Shown piece after piece: positions 52,262-62,474 of a stretch of DNA of 64,000 bases; within the stretch, counting starts at the first letter, position 1, and every line of letters starts with the position of its first letter. Under the pieces are notes generated by a model. That model did not search any database, was not told where the DNA came from, and saw only the letters and a program-made list of their open reading frames with translations. The stretch is from an uncultured delta proteobacterium (GTDB lineage: Bacteria; Desulfobacterota; Desulfuromonadia; Geobacterales; Pseudopelobacteraceae): contig CAVYYZ010000011.1 in assembly GCA_963772835.1 (NCBI GenBank), positions 411,107 through 475,106 of the forward strand, given 5' to 3'. A program made the translations under genes and the position numbers.

Positions 52262-52471
52262 CTAGTCATCTTTTCTGATTCTAACCACTTGACTTACTCC
52301 GGACATGATCTCAATTTCCTGATCGTTCAGAGTGTCGGTATTGCCGATCACACCAATAATCGTCCGATTGGCTCCGGTTGATTGATGGATGTCGAAATCA
52401 CGGGTTATCAGATACTCCTTTATAGAATCAAGTGCAGACTCTTCAGCATGTTTCTTCATTATAATCAGCAT
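52262..52471 (-). CDS. Stand-alone ACT/ferredoxin-like regulatory domain of type I-beta DAH7P synthase
   Basis: MLIIMK...IHQSTGANRTIIGVIG...GVSQVVRI matches the N-terminal domain pattern of type I-beta DAH7PS; ends TAG TAA TAG. Confidence 0.75.
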   Translation of the reverse strand: MLIIMKKHAEESALDSIKEYLITRDFDIHQSTGANRTIIGVIGNTDTLNDQEIEIMSGVSQVVRIRKDD

Positions 52472-52486
52472 ATTGTATATACTCCC

Positions 52487-52771
52487 TTACACTTCTTCTT
52501 TATGTGACATGATGCGTTCAAGGCGCCTCGACTCATCGACAACGCGCTCAAACATCCTGACAATTGCTTCATCATCAAGCGGCCCCGGGTTATCTTCTTT
52601 CATGCGGTTAAAAATTCGCTTCTCCCGGGCAGGGTCAAATACCGGCAAATTTAGTCCCTTCTTGGCATGTCCGATTTCAAGAGCCAACCTGGCGCGTTCG
52701 CTGAAGATACGTAACAACACATCATCCAGAAGGTCTATTCTATTACGTATTTCGTTGATATCCACCGTCAC
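52487..52771 (-). CDS. Monofunctional AroQ-type chorismate mutase
   Basis: IR.RID..D..LL..F.ERA..A..IG..K...LPVFDPARE. Confidence 0.9.
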   Translation of the reverse strand: MTVDINEIRNRIDLLDDVLLRIFSERARLALEIGHAKKGLNLPVFDPAREKRIFNRMKEDNPGPLDDEAIVRMFERVVDESRRLERIMSHKEEV

Positions 52772-52778
52772 AGCTCCA

Positions 52779-54374
52779 TTAAAAAAGTTTTTTTACAAAA
52801 CTGTCCTTTTTCCCGTTAATTTCATCAAGAAAAGGGTAGTCCAGATTATAATGCAATCCACGGGACTCCTTGCGCTTTTGAGCACAACGAATGATCAGTT
52901 CTGCCACGGTTGCTATGTTGCGCAGCTCTATCAGGTCAGAAGTCACGTTAAAATTCCAATAATATTCGTCTATTTCACCCTGGATCAAATTTATACGGTT
53001 CATGGCACGCGCTAAACGTTTATCCGATCGAACTATACCGACATAATTCCACATAGTGCGACGGATTTCATCCCAGTTCTGCGAGACAACTACCATCTCA
53101 TCGCTGTTAGTTGCGGTACCGGAATCCCAGACAGGTATATCGCGATGGTCACTCGGAAGTGATGAAATGACTTCACTGGAATGACGATACGCTCGTCCAG
53201 CATACACTGCTGCTTCCAGTAGCGAGTTACTGGCCAGTCTGTTAGCACCGTGCAGACCCGTGAATGCGGTTTCGCCGATCGCGTAAAGACCGGGAATGTC
53301 TGTTTCTGCATCAAAGTTGACAGCTACCCCACCACACAGGTAATGGGCGGCAGGTACAACCGGAAGCCATTCTTTGGTCATATCAAGACCGAAATCCATA
53401 CAGGTCTGATAAATATTTGGGAAACGATTCCGGACGACATCGGCGGGTTCATGTGTAATATCAAGGAAAACGCAGTCATCTCCGCTCGTTTTCATTTCGT
53501 GGTCTATGGCGCGTGCCACGATGTCCCGTGGGGCCAGATCCTTCAGTTTGTGATATTTATCCATAAACGCTGTTCCGTCACGTCGACGCAGTATTGCCCC
53601 TTCACCGCGCACCGCTTCGGAAATAAGAAACGATTTGGCCAATGGATGAAATAGAGTGGTTGGGTGAAACTGCATGAATTCCATGTTAGCAATTGTAGCC
53701 CCGGCACGATACGCCATAGCAACACCATCTCCGGACGCAACATCAGGATTACAGGTATACAGATACACTTTGCCGGCACCGCCACTGGCAAGAAGAGTAA
53801 TCTTTGAACTGAAAGTCACAACGGTATCGCTGAGAATGTCCAGCACGTATGCGCCCAGACAGTGGTTCTTCTCAAGGAGTCGACGTTCGATCTTGGCTGA
53901 AGTTATCAGGTCGATTGCGATGTGGTTTTCGTAAACCGTAATTGAAGGGTGTTGATTGACTGCTTCAACTAAAGCACGCTCAATTTCGCGACCAGTGATA
54001 TCTTCAGCATGTAGTATGCGGCGGGCGCTATGGCCTCCCTCTCGGGTCAGATCATAGGATTCGCCGCTGGTTGTAAACTTTACCCCCCATTCAATCAGAT
54101 TGCGAATGGTCTGCGGACCTTCCTCTACCACCATCCTGACAACATCTTCATGGCAGATTCCGGCTCCCGCAACAAGTGTGTCATCAATATGGGCTTCAAA
54201 CGAGTCATCTACAGAATAAACAGAAGCAATACCCCCTTGTGCATACTTTGTAGCTGATTCAGAAATATCACGTTTGGTGACAATGGCTACGCTGCCATGG
54301 TTAGCCGCCTTAAGGGCAAAAGAGAGGCCGGCAATTCCGCTGCCGATGACAAGAAAATCACTTTCTATGCGCAT
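52779..54374 (-). CDS. nadB: L-aspartate oxidase
   Basis: [59 protein letters not shown]. Confidence 0.96.
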   Translation of the reverse strand: MRIESDFLVIGSGIAGLSFALKAANHGSVAIVTKRDISESATKYAQGGIASVYSVDDSFEAHIDDTLVAGAGICHEDVVRMVVEEGPQTIRNLIEWGVKFTTSGESYDLTREGGHSARRILHAEDITGREIERALVEAVNQHPSITVYENHIAIDLITSAKIERRLLEKNHCLGAYVLDILSDTVVTFSSKITLLASGGAGKVYLYTCNPDVASGDGVAMAYRAGATIANMEFMQFHPTTLFHPLAKSFLISEAVRGEGAILRRRDGTAFMDKYHKLKDLAPRDIVARAIDHEMKTSGDDCVFLDITHEPADVVRNRFPNIYQTCMDFGLDMTKEWLPVVPAAHYLCGGVAVNFDAETDIPGLYAIGETAFTGLHGANRLASNSLLEAAVYAGRAYRHSSEVISSLPSDHRDIPVWDSGTATNSDEMVVVSQNWDEIRRTMWNYVGIVRSDKRLARAMNRINLIQGEIDEYYWNFNVTSDLIELRNIATVAELIIRCAQKRKESRGLHYNLDYPFLDEINGKKDSFVKKLF

Positions 54375-54755
54375 GTTGATTCCTTCTTAAAAATGGTGGC
54401 ATTTGACTGCCGAATTATTGACCCCGTCTGAACATTTTGTCAAGAAGAGAGCGGTTTCAATCCATATTTGTTGTTTTTATATCCGGTAAGAATTGATTGA
54501 TTGATGACAGATTTTTCAAACAAATTGCAATATAAGGTCAGGTTTAGTATGGTCACACGCGGTTATTACCACTCACCGCTCTGAGTTTAAACTTGTAATT
54601 GATTGTTAATTAAACCTACAGCAGCTATATAGTAGCAAACTACGGTGAAGTACCACTGAAGCTCGAATAACACATTTTCACCATGGAATTATAACCATGT
54701 GTTTTCCGAAATAACGTAAACAGAAGCTATCTCCAGCACATAGAAAAGGAACAAA

Positions 54756-55847
54756 ATGAAACTGGCCATCGCAATGCTCGGATTTGTGTTAACAGTTATT
54801 TTCCTGAGCCATCCAGTATTGGCAATGGCAGAAAATCTGTCTACAAGTGAGAATTACTCATCTCAAGAAGGAGGCAAAATATCACCCATATCTTCTGAAG
54901 TAATTCAAAAGAATATGAAGCATACCGGTCATATTGCGGAAATATCTCTATTTGTATTGAGTAAAGATGGGCGTTTTGCCGTTACTGCCGATGAAGACAA
55001 ACATAATTATATCTGGGACATGAAAAACGGCATGTTACTTCGGGAAATTGGATTGCCAGAAGCATTGCGCCTCAAGGTTGTCACGGCCGCGTTTTCACCA
55101 GATAGCATGCAACTGCTCTGGGCTCGTGCCGGTAAAATCATGCCGGTACTGTGGGATGTAGAGAGCGGCAGGCGTGTCGGAGTTCTTTCATCTAAAGAGA
55201 AGGGGCATGGTGCAGATATTGTTTCAATGACTTTTTCTGCTGACGGTCACTATATTGCTACCGGAGATACTCAAGGTACAGTAGTTATCTGGAATAGAAA
55301 TGCCCGTTCGGTTGTGCGCCGAATCAGGGCACACTCCGGAGAAGTGCGATTTCTCGCGTTTATTCCCGGGAACAATGAACTGGCAACTGCCGGCGGTGAT
55401 GGCGCACTGCGGATATGGGGAATCTCCGGAGATGAATTGCTTGCAACATTATTAGAGCCGTCACAATTCAATGTAACTGCCTTGACCTGTTCGAAAGATG
55501 GCCAGGTTCTTTACACAGCACAGGAAGATATGACCGTTAAAAGCTGGACAGTATCTTCGAGAAGTTTGCTGGAGACATTGAATTTTAACAATTGGCAGAT
55601 TAATAGTCTTGCACTTTCACCGGGTAATGATTTCATGGCGCTTGCCGAAGAAAATGAATCGATCCTGCTCTGGAACATACGTGAGGGCAAGGTGGCCTGG
55701 AAAAATGATCTCGATTACTCAGTCACTCAAATATTTTTTTCGCATGACGGAAATCAACTGTTTACTTCTGGTGGAGATAACTGGATTCGCGAATGGGATG
55801 TAGCTTCAGGTCATCTGATAAAAAAACTTGGAGGAATACACGAATAA
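54756..55847 (+). CDS. Exported WD40-repeat beta-propeller protein
   Basis: Signal peptide (VLA-MA); about seven GH/H...F...G..(L)ATG..D..V.IW(D/N) repeats. Confidence 0.88.
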   Translation: MKLAIAMLGFVLTVIFLSHPVLAMAENLSTSENYSSQEGGKISPISSEVIQKNMKHTGHIAEISLFVLSKDGRFAVTADEDKHNYIWDMKNGMLLREIGLPEALRLKVVTAAFSPDSMQLLWARAGKIMPVLWDVESGRRVGVLSSKEKGHGADIVSMTFSADGHYIATGDTQGTVVIWNRNARSVVRRIRAHSGEVRFLAFIPGNNELATAGGDGALRIWGISGDELLATLLEPSQFNVTALTCSKDGQVLYTAQEDMTVKSWTVSSRSLLETLNFNNWQINSLALSPGNDFMALAEENESILLWNIREGKVAWKNDLDYSVTQIFFSHDGNQLFTSGGDNWIREWDVASGHLIKKLGGIHE

Positions 55848-55853
55848 GCAGGA

Positions 55854-56474
55854 TTACATAGAAATCAAAACTTTACGCCCAACAATCTTGATTTTTCCAT
55901 CTACAAACAGCTTAATTGCCTCAGCAAATGTCTTATGTTCCGCCTTTTGAATCTTTGCGGAGAGCGATTCTTCCGTGTCACTCTGTTCTACTGGAACGAC
56001 CGATTGAAGAATAATCGGGCCGGTGTCCGTACCGCAGTCAACAAAGTGCACGGTGCAACCAGAGAAGCGTACTCCATAGTCAAGAGCCTGCTGCTGGGCA
56101 TGAAGGCCGGGAAAAGAGGGGAGGAGGGCAGGGTGTATGTTCAAAATTGCATGTGGAAAGGCGTTGACCATAACGTCCGATAAAATTCTCATAAATCCGG
56201 CAAGAACCACCAGGTCTACTTTATAGCACCGCAGAATTTCGACCGTTGCTGCATCGTACAATCGTCGTTCGGAGTATTTTCCGCTTTCATGTACAATAAC
56301 CGGAATATTGTGACGTGATGCACGGGTAAGCGCATACGCATCTGCTCTGTTGCTGATGACACAGGCAATCTCGGCATTGATTTCCCCCGATTCAATCCGG
56401 TCGATAATAGCCTGTAGATTCGTTCCACTTCCCGAAACCAGGACACCCAACCGGCAGAGGTCTTTAGCTGGCAT
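55854..56474 (-). CDS. purN: Phosphoribosylglycinamide formyltransferase
   Basis: VLVSGSGTNLQA, LAGFMRIL, NIHPALLP, GCTVHFV..G.D.GPII. Confidence 0.96.
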   Translation of the reverse strand: MPAKDLCRLGVLVSGSGTNLQAIIDRIESGEINAEIACVISNRADAYALTRASRHNIPVIVHESGKYSERRLYDAATVEILRCYKVDLVVLAGFMRILSDVMVNAFPHAILNIHPALLPSFPGLHAQQQALDYGVRFSGCTVHFVDCGTDTGPIILQSVVPVEQSDTEESLSAKIQKAEHKTFAEAIKLFVDGKIKIVGRKVLISM

Positions 56475-56478
56475 ACCG

Positions 56479-57531
56479 TTACCCTTCCACCAGGTCAACC
56501 CGTTCATCACCTTCGCCACAAACGGTAATTTCACCAATTATCCAGGCCTTTTCCCCTAAACCATGCAAACGATCGATGATATCTTCAGCTTGATTATCAG
56601 CCACCACCAGGACCATTCCGATTCCCATGTTGAAGGTGCGGAACATTTCGTCGCGTTCAACATTACCTGCCTTCTGTAAAACTGTGAAAAGATTCGGCCG
56701 TGCCCAATTATTAGTATGAATGTGAGCCTGACATCCTTTAGGGAGAACCCTGGGAACATTTTCAAGAAGTCCGCCGCCGGTAATATGGGCAATACCGTTA
56801 ATAGAAAAATCTTTCAGCAAATTTAAAACTGAGCGCACATAAATTTTGGTTGGAGTCAGCAACACTTCAGCAACTGAACCACCTCCACCCGGAAAATCAT
56901 CATGGATAGTGAGCCCCAGGCGATCAAAAATTAAAGTTCGAGCCAGAGAATAACCGTTACTGTGCAAACCGCTGGACGCAATTCCAATCAAGCGGTTACC
57001 TGCAGAAATGCATGATCCGTCGATAATGTTTTCCCTGTCGACAACACCGACGGTAAAACCGGCAACATCATATTCTCCATCAGCATAAAACCCTGGCATT
57101 TCAGCTGTTTCTCCACCTATTAGTGCACAGCATGCCTGCTTGCAACCCTCGGCAATTCCCTTCACAATTTCAGCGCCTTTTTCCGGCATCAGTTTTCCGG
57201 TAGCAAGGTAATCCAGAAAAAAGAGCGGTTCAGCGCCTTGAACGATTATGTCATTTACGCACATTGCCACCAGATCAATACCGATGGTATCATGACGGTC
57301 TGTCAGAAAAGCAATCTTTAGTTTTGTGCCGACACCGTCAGTTCCGGAAACCAAAACAGGATTTTTATATTTGGCGGTGTTAAGAGCAAACAAACCGCCA
57401 AATCCTCCTATGTCTGCAAGAACTTCCGGCCGTGACGTGGCTTTTACCAACGGCTTGATCAGGTTGATAAAATTGTTTCCGGCAGTAATATCAACTCCGG
57501 AATCTTTATAGGTTACAGGTTTTTCACTCAT
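56479..57531 (-). CDS. purM: Phosphoribosylformylglycinamidine cyclo-ligase
   Basis: YKDSGVDI, GGFGGLF, TDGVGTKL, GGETAEMPG, SSGLHSNGYSL, HITGGG. Confidence 0.97.
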   Translation of the reverse strand: MSEKPVTYKDSGVDITAGNNFINLIKPLVKATSRPEVLADIGGFGGLFALNTAKYKNPVLVSGTDGVGTKLKIAFLTDRHDTIGIDLVAMCVNDIIVQGAEPLFFLDYLATGKLMPEKGAEIVKGIAEGCKQACCALIGGETAEMPGFYADGEYDVAGFTVGVVDRENIIDGSCISAGNRLIGIASSGLHSNGYSLARTLIFDRLGLTIHDDFPGGGGSVAEVLLTPTKIYVRSVLNLLKDFSINGIAHITGGGLLENVPRVLPKGCQAHIHTNNWARPNLFTVLQKAGNVERDEMFRTFNMGIGMVLVVADNQAEDIIDRLHGLGEKAWIIGEITVCGEGDERVDLVEG

Positions 57532-57661
57532 ATTATCTCCCTTATTACACAAAGAATCTTTGTAGAACATGGCCTTCAAAAAGTCAATTTCAAACTGGCA
57601 TCAAAAGTGTGTTCTCAGAATATCTCTTGACAAATACGCGGCGTTTGGGATTATTGACCCA

Positions 57662-58294
57662 ATGATATCAAGATTCTCACAATATGTTATATCTACACTA
57701 TTATGCCTCGGCGTGGTATTTTTCTCTGGGCTGATAACTCCGGGTTCTGTTAAAGCCGACATCTACCGGTATGTTGATGAGGATGATATAGTTCATTTTA
57801 CTGATGCTCCCACCGATAAGCGTTTTAAAGTTTTCATGCGCGACCTTAAAAAAGATAAAGAACTTCGGACAAAGCTTAAATATGCTTCATCGGTCAATCC
57901 GGCTGAATTTGAACAGTTTATCAAAACCAGTTCTGATAAATACGGTGTAAACCCAAGTCTGGTAAAGGCTGTAATACATGCCGAATCCGGCTATAATCCG
58001 AATGCTGTTTCCAGTAAAGGCGCCAGTGGTTTAATGCAGTTGATGCCCAGCACAGCGAAGTCGCTGAAAGTTGTTGATCGATTCAATCCGAAAGATAATG
58101 TAGAAGGTGGTGTTAAATACCTTCGCTTTCTGCTTGATACGTTTCGTGGCGATGTGCCACTGGCAGTAGCGGCCTACAATGCCGGTCTCAATAAAGTTGC
58201 CAGATATGGAGGAATACCTCCTTATAATGAAACACGAACCTATGTGAACAAGGTTCTTTCCTACATGAAGTACTATCAGGAAAACGGTATTTAA
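57662..58294 (+). CDS. Lytic transglycosylase (SLT domain) with DUF4124-like N-terminus
   Basis: ADIYRYVDEDDIVHFTDAP; AVIHAES.YNP.AVS.KGA.GLMQLMP; AAYNAG; ETRTYV. Confidence 0.92.
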   Translation: MISRFSQYVISTLLCLGVVFFSGLITPGSVKADIYRYVDEDDIVHFTDAPTDKRFKVFMRDLKKDKELRTKLKYASSVNPAEFEQFIKTSSDKYGVNPSLVKAVIHAESGYNPNAVSSKGASGLMQLMPSTAKSLKVVDRFNPKDNVEGGVKYLRFLLDTFRGDVPLAVAAYNAGLNKVARYGGIPPYNETRTYVNKVLSYMKYYQENGI

Positions 58295-58296
58295 CA

Positions 58297-58890
58297 ATGA
58301 CTGCAAGTCGGAATACTAAAATTTTGAACCCGCCGAATATTCTTACAATGATGCGAATTGCGTCTATTCCGCTTCTTGTTGCGCTTCTTATGTCGCCGTC
58401 TCGGTCTGCGGGCTTTTGGGCCGCAGCACTCTTTGCTGTGGCATCAATTACGGACTGGCTGGATGGGTATCTCGCACGCAGGATGGGTATAGTAACGATT
58501 TTTGGTAAATTTCTGGATCCGATTGCCGATAAGTTGATAGTTATTGCAGCTCTGATTATGATCCTGCCGTTTAATCGTGTCCCGGCATGGATGGTGCTCG
58601 TAATTATCGGACGAGAGATTATTATAACCGGTCTGCGCGGCATCGCATCAAGTGAGGGGATTGTTATTCAGGCAAGTGATCTGGGTAAGTATAAGACCAT
58701 TTTCCAGATTGTTGCAATTCTTGGGCTTGTACTGCATTATGACTACAATTGGTTTTTTGGTATTTCACACACTCTGCTGACAGTAAACATGCACAACGTA
58801 GGAATGTTCTATCTCTGGATTGCCACAATTCTTACGGTATGGTCAGGCGTTGATTATCTTATCCGGTTTATCAAGGTCATTGCACGTTGA
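58297..58890 (+). CDS. pgsA: CDP-diacylglycerol--glycerol-3-phosphate 3-phosphatidyltransferase
   Basis: PNILT..RI, TDWLDGYLAR, GKFLDPIADKL, GREIIITGLR, GKYKT. Confidence 0.95.
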   Translation: MTASRNTKILNPPNILTMMRIASIPLLVALLMSPSRSAGFWAAALFAVASITDWLDGYLARRMGIVTIFGKFLDPIADKLIVIAALIMILPFNRVPAWMVLVIIGREIIITGLRGIASSEGIVIQASDLGKYKTIFQIVAILGLVLHYDYNWFFGISHTLLTVNMHNVGMFYLWIATILTVWSGVDYLIRFIKVIAR

Positions 58891-58901
58891 CTCTGCCCCG
58901 A

Positions 58902-59117
58902 TCAGTTTGATTGCCCCAACAGAATAGAGAACCTTTCCCCGTTTCTCTGGAACAGAACCCGATCTTTCTGGACTTCTTCTACAATTGTACCCTCAATTAA
59001 TGATCCGCCTGAAACCGGTGTCCCATTAACTATTGCCATATTGTCCACTCCACCACTGGCCTGAAAGGCTATGCCATTGACCCTGAGAACCGGCATTGAT
59101 TTATCGACAGCCTGCCA
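58902..59117 (-). pseudogene. C-terminal part of a GspB (T2SS B)-like gene, truncated at the compositional junction
   Basis: LRVNGIAFQ...MAIVNG..V..G..IEG..VEEVQKDRVLF..NGERF; upstream residues of the listed ORF are antisense to MCP coding sequence. Confidence 0.65.
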
Positions 59118-60972
59118 TCGAATGTGCTTATACACAATCTCGATTTCGAGATTATCTATATCAATGGCTGCCCAGAGCGCACCGTGGAGCACAATCCAGC
59201 GAGATTCCTAGGCCTTCGGCGTAGAAGTCGATGACGTCTCCGGTTCGTCAATCCACACGTTCCACAAAGATCCTCAGCGGGTGGAAAGAATTCTGACCAA
59301 TCCCCGAGCGCTCTCCGCATCAGGCCGAGTTCAGTTTGGGCCCATTACGCTGCAGCCGGATCAATAGCATCCCGGCGGCCAACGGTACCGCCCAAGGCTA
59401 TATCGTCGCCTGGGAAGATGTGACTTACCGACAGCGACTGGAACTCGATTACGTCGGCCAGATCGCGGCGATTCAGCGATCGCAGGCCGTGATCGAATTC
59501 GACATGGATGGCACGATCATGAATGCGAATGAGATCTTTCTGAAGACCGTGGGCTACACGCTCGAGGAGATTAAAGGGCAGCACCACAGCATGTTTGTGA
59601 TGAAGCGATCCGACCAGCGCCGAGTATCGCGAGATGTGGCAACGGCTGAATCGCGGCGAGTTTGTGACTGGCGAGTTTCGCCGACTCGCCAAGGGAGGGC
59701 GCGAGATCTACATCCAGGGCGTTTACAGCCCGATCGTCGACAAGGCGGGCAAGCCGTTCAAAGTCGTCAAATACGCCACCGATGTGACGGAGGCAAAGCT
59801 CCGCAACGCCGATCACGAAGGACAAGTCGCGGCGATTGGTCGAGTGCAGGCCGTGATCGAGTTTGGACTCGATGGCGTCATCACAAGTGCCAACGACAAC
59901 TTTCTGCAGGCCATGGGCTATCGACTCGACGAGATTCAGGGTCGTCATCACAGCATGTTTGTCGATCCGGCCTATGCGGGCAGCGCCGAGTATCGCCAGT
60001 TCTGGCTCGATCTGGCCGCGGGACGACAGCAATCGGGCCGGTTCCGCCGCGTCGGCAAAGGTGGCCAGGAAGTTTGGATTCAAGGTTCGTACTTTCCGAT
60101 TCTCGATTACGCCGGGCGACCGTTCAAAGTCGTGAAGTATGCCACCAACATCACGCAGACTCAAGCAAGTCGAAGCGGCGCTGGAAAACACGGTGCACAC
60201 CCTGGCCAGTGCGGCCCAGGAACTTACGTCCGTCAGTCAGCAAATGGCGTCCAACTCCGAAGAAACGGCTTCGCAGGCCAGCGTCGTCTCCGCCGCGGCC
60301 GAACAGGTGAGCCGCAACGTCGGCACCGTCGCCAGCGCGGCGGAAGAGATGGGAGCGAGCATCAAGGAGATCGCCAAGAACGCCAACGAAGCCGCCCGCG
60401 TCGCCACCGCCGCCGTCAAAGTGGCGGACAAGACCAACGCCACCGTTTCGAAGCTGGGCGAAAGCAGCGCCGAGATCGGCAATGTGATCAAGGTGATCAC
60501 CTCGATCGCCCAGCAGACCAATCTTGCTCGCGCTCAACGCCACCATCGAAGCCGCCCGGGCCGGCGAAGCGGGCAAGGGCTTCGCCGTCGTCGCCAACGA
60601 GGTGAAGGAACTCGCCAAGCAGACCGCCAAGGCCACGGAGGATATCGGCCGCAAGATCGAAGCGATCCAGTCCGACACCAAGGGCGCCGTCGAAGCCATC
60701 GGCCAGATCGGCACGATCATCAGCCAGATCAACGACATTCAAAGCACGATCGCCAGCGCCGTCGAAGAGCAGAACGCGACGACGGCCGAAATCGCTCGCA
60801 ATGTCAACGAAGCCGCCATCGGCAGTCGCGAGATCGCTCAAAATGTCATGGGCGTCGCCCAGGCCGCGCGCAGCACGACCGAAGGCGCCGCCAATACCAA
60901 GGCCTCCGCCGAAGAACTGGCCCGGATGGCGGTCGAATTGCAGCGTCTGGTGACCAAGCTCGCGAGGGCTAA
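59103..60972 (+). pseudogene. PAS-PAS-PAS methyl-accepting chemotaxis protein, 5'-truncated and frameshifted (probably sequencing errors)
   Basis: Pieces in alternating frames: [47 protein letters not shown](L)[30 protein letters not shown]. Confidence 0.85.
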
Positions 60973-61024
60973 ACTCGCGTACGATGATGCGGACGATTGC
61001 GGCAAGCCAGCGGGAAGTTCAACC

Positions 61025-61393
61025 ATGCAGGCTCTGGTGATCGACGACTCGCGTGCCGTTCGCATGCTCGTCGGCAACATCCTCCGCGAGCAGGGTTTCG
61101 AGGTCGTTAGCCGGCCACGGCCAGGAGGGCTTGGAACGACTGCAGGAGAATCCCGAAATCAAGCTCGTGCTGGTCGATTGGAACATGCCGGTGATGGATG
61201 GCCTGGAGTTCATTCAAGCCGTGCGAAAGTGCGGACGTGGAACGACGTGCGGCTCGTGATGGTCACCACCGAGACGGAAAGCGAACAAGTGCAGCGGGCA
61301 ATCACTGCCGGCGCAAATGAATACGTCATGAAGCCATTTACCGCGGAAGTGCTCGTCGCCAAGCTTTCGCTGCTCGGAGCCTTTGAGGAATAG
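61025..61393 (+). pseudogene. cheY: CheY, frameshifted
   Basis: [13 protein letters not shown] / [16 protein letters not shown] / [17 protein letters not shown] in alternating frames. Confidence 0.85.
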
Positions 61394-61397
61394 GCGT

Positions 61398-62474
61398 ATG
61401 GAGAAGATTCGCGTGCTCGTGGTCGACGATTCGCTCGTCGTGCGGCGAGTTGTCACGGAAGAACTCGAAGCGCAGGCCGATATCGAAGTCGTCGGCATCG
61501 GCCTCCACGGGCAGATCGCGCTGGAAAAGATGGCCCAGCTCAATCCCGACCTGGTCATTCTCGATATCGAAATGCCCGAGATGGATGGGCTGACTGCGCT
61601 GACCCACTTCGCAGAAGCCATCCCGAAGACGCCGGTGATCATGTTCAGCTCGCTCACGGAGCTCGGCGCGGCGGCCACGCTAGAAGCACTCTCGCGGGCG
61701 CCTCCGACTTCTTCGCCAAGCCCGGCGGACCAGGCGGCCTCGAAGCCTCGCGGCAAATCATTCGCGCCGAACTCATTCCCGCGATTCGCGCCGGCGCTGC
61801 GCTGCCAGCTGCGAAGGCGCCGCCAATCCGCCGTTCCGCGGAAAAACAGCGACGCCCCGCGGCCTTCCCGCACCGTTGCCATCCACCGCGCGGATCGACG
61901 TCTTCGCGATCGGCACCTCCACCGGCGGCCCTAACGCATTGGCCGAAATTCTTCACTGCTGCTGCCGCCGGATCTACCGGTGCCGATTCTCGTCGTGCAG
62001 CACATGCCGCCGATGTTCACGCAGATGCTGGCCGAACGACTGACCAAGAACTCGCACATCCCGACCGTCGAAGCGAAATTCGGGAATTGAACTTTAGCCG
62101 GGCAAGGCCTGGGTCGCCGCCCGGCGATTATCACCTCGTTGTCGTTCGCGAGGGCACGCGGGTTCGCACCAAGATCCACCAGGACCCGCACGAAAATGCC
62201 TGCCGCCCTGCCGTCGATCCGCTCTTTCGGTCGGTCGCCAGCATCTATGGCCGAACTGCCTGGCCGTCGTGCTGACCGGAATGGGCCAGGACGGTCTTCG
62301 CGGCTGCGAGGCGATTCGCGCAGCCGGCGGCCAGATTCTCGCGCAGGATGAAGCCACCAGCGTCGTCTGGGGAATGCCCGGCTTCGTCGCCCGCGCGGGA
62401 CTCGCCGACCGAGTGTTGCCACTGCCGATGATGCCGGAGAGATCGTTCGCCGAATCCGAGGCGGCCGTGGTTGA
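61398..62474 (+). pseudogene. cheB: REC-CheB, frameshifted
   Basis: [59 protein letters not shown] across several frames. Confidence 0.85.

Noticed and set aside
54375..54755. Possible GEMM-I (c-di-GMP/cGAMP) riboswitch upstream of the WD40 gene; also checked upstream of the che cluster and ytxH
   Set aside because: No GGCAAAC...GAAA...GACGCAAA...CTAA-type core found by eye
34600..59000. Seemingly lower GC in the right half versus the left signalling island, as a sign of horizontal transfer
   Set aside because: The change is gradual, includes core genes and cannot be quantified reliably by eye; it needs a sliding-window calculation
60524..61393. Apparent novel MCP-CheY fusion protein
   Set aside because: Arises in an indel-rich segment; a stop at 60970-60972 in a neighbouring frame and a separate ATG at 61025 indicate two genes
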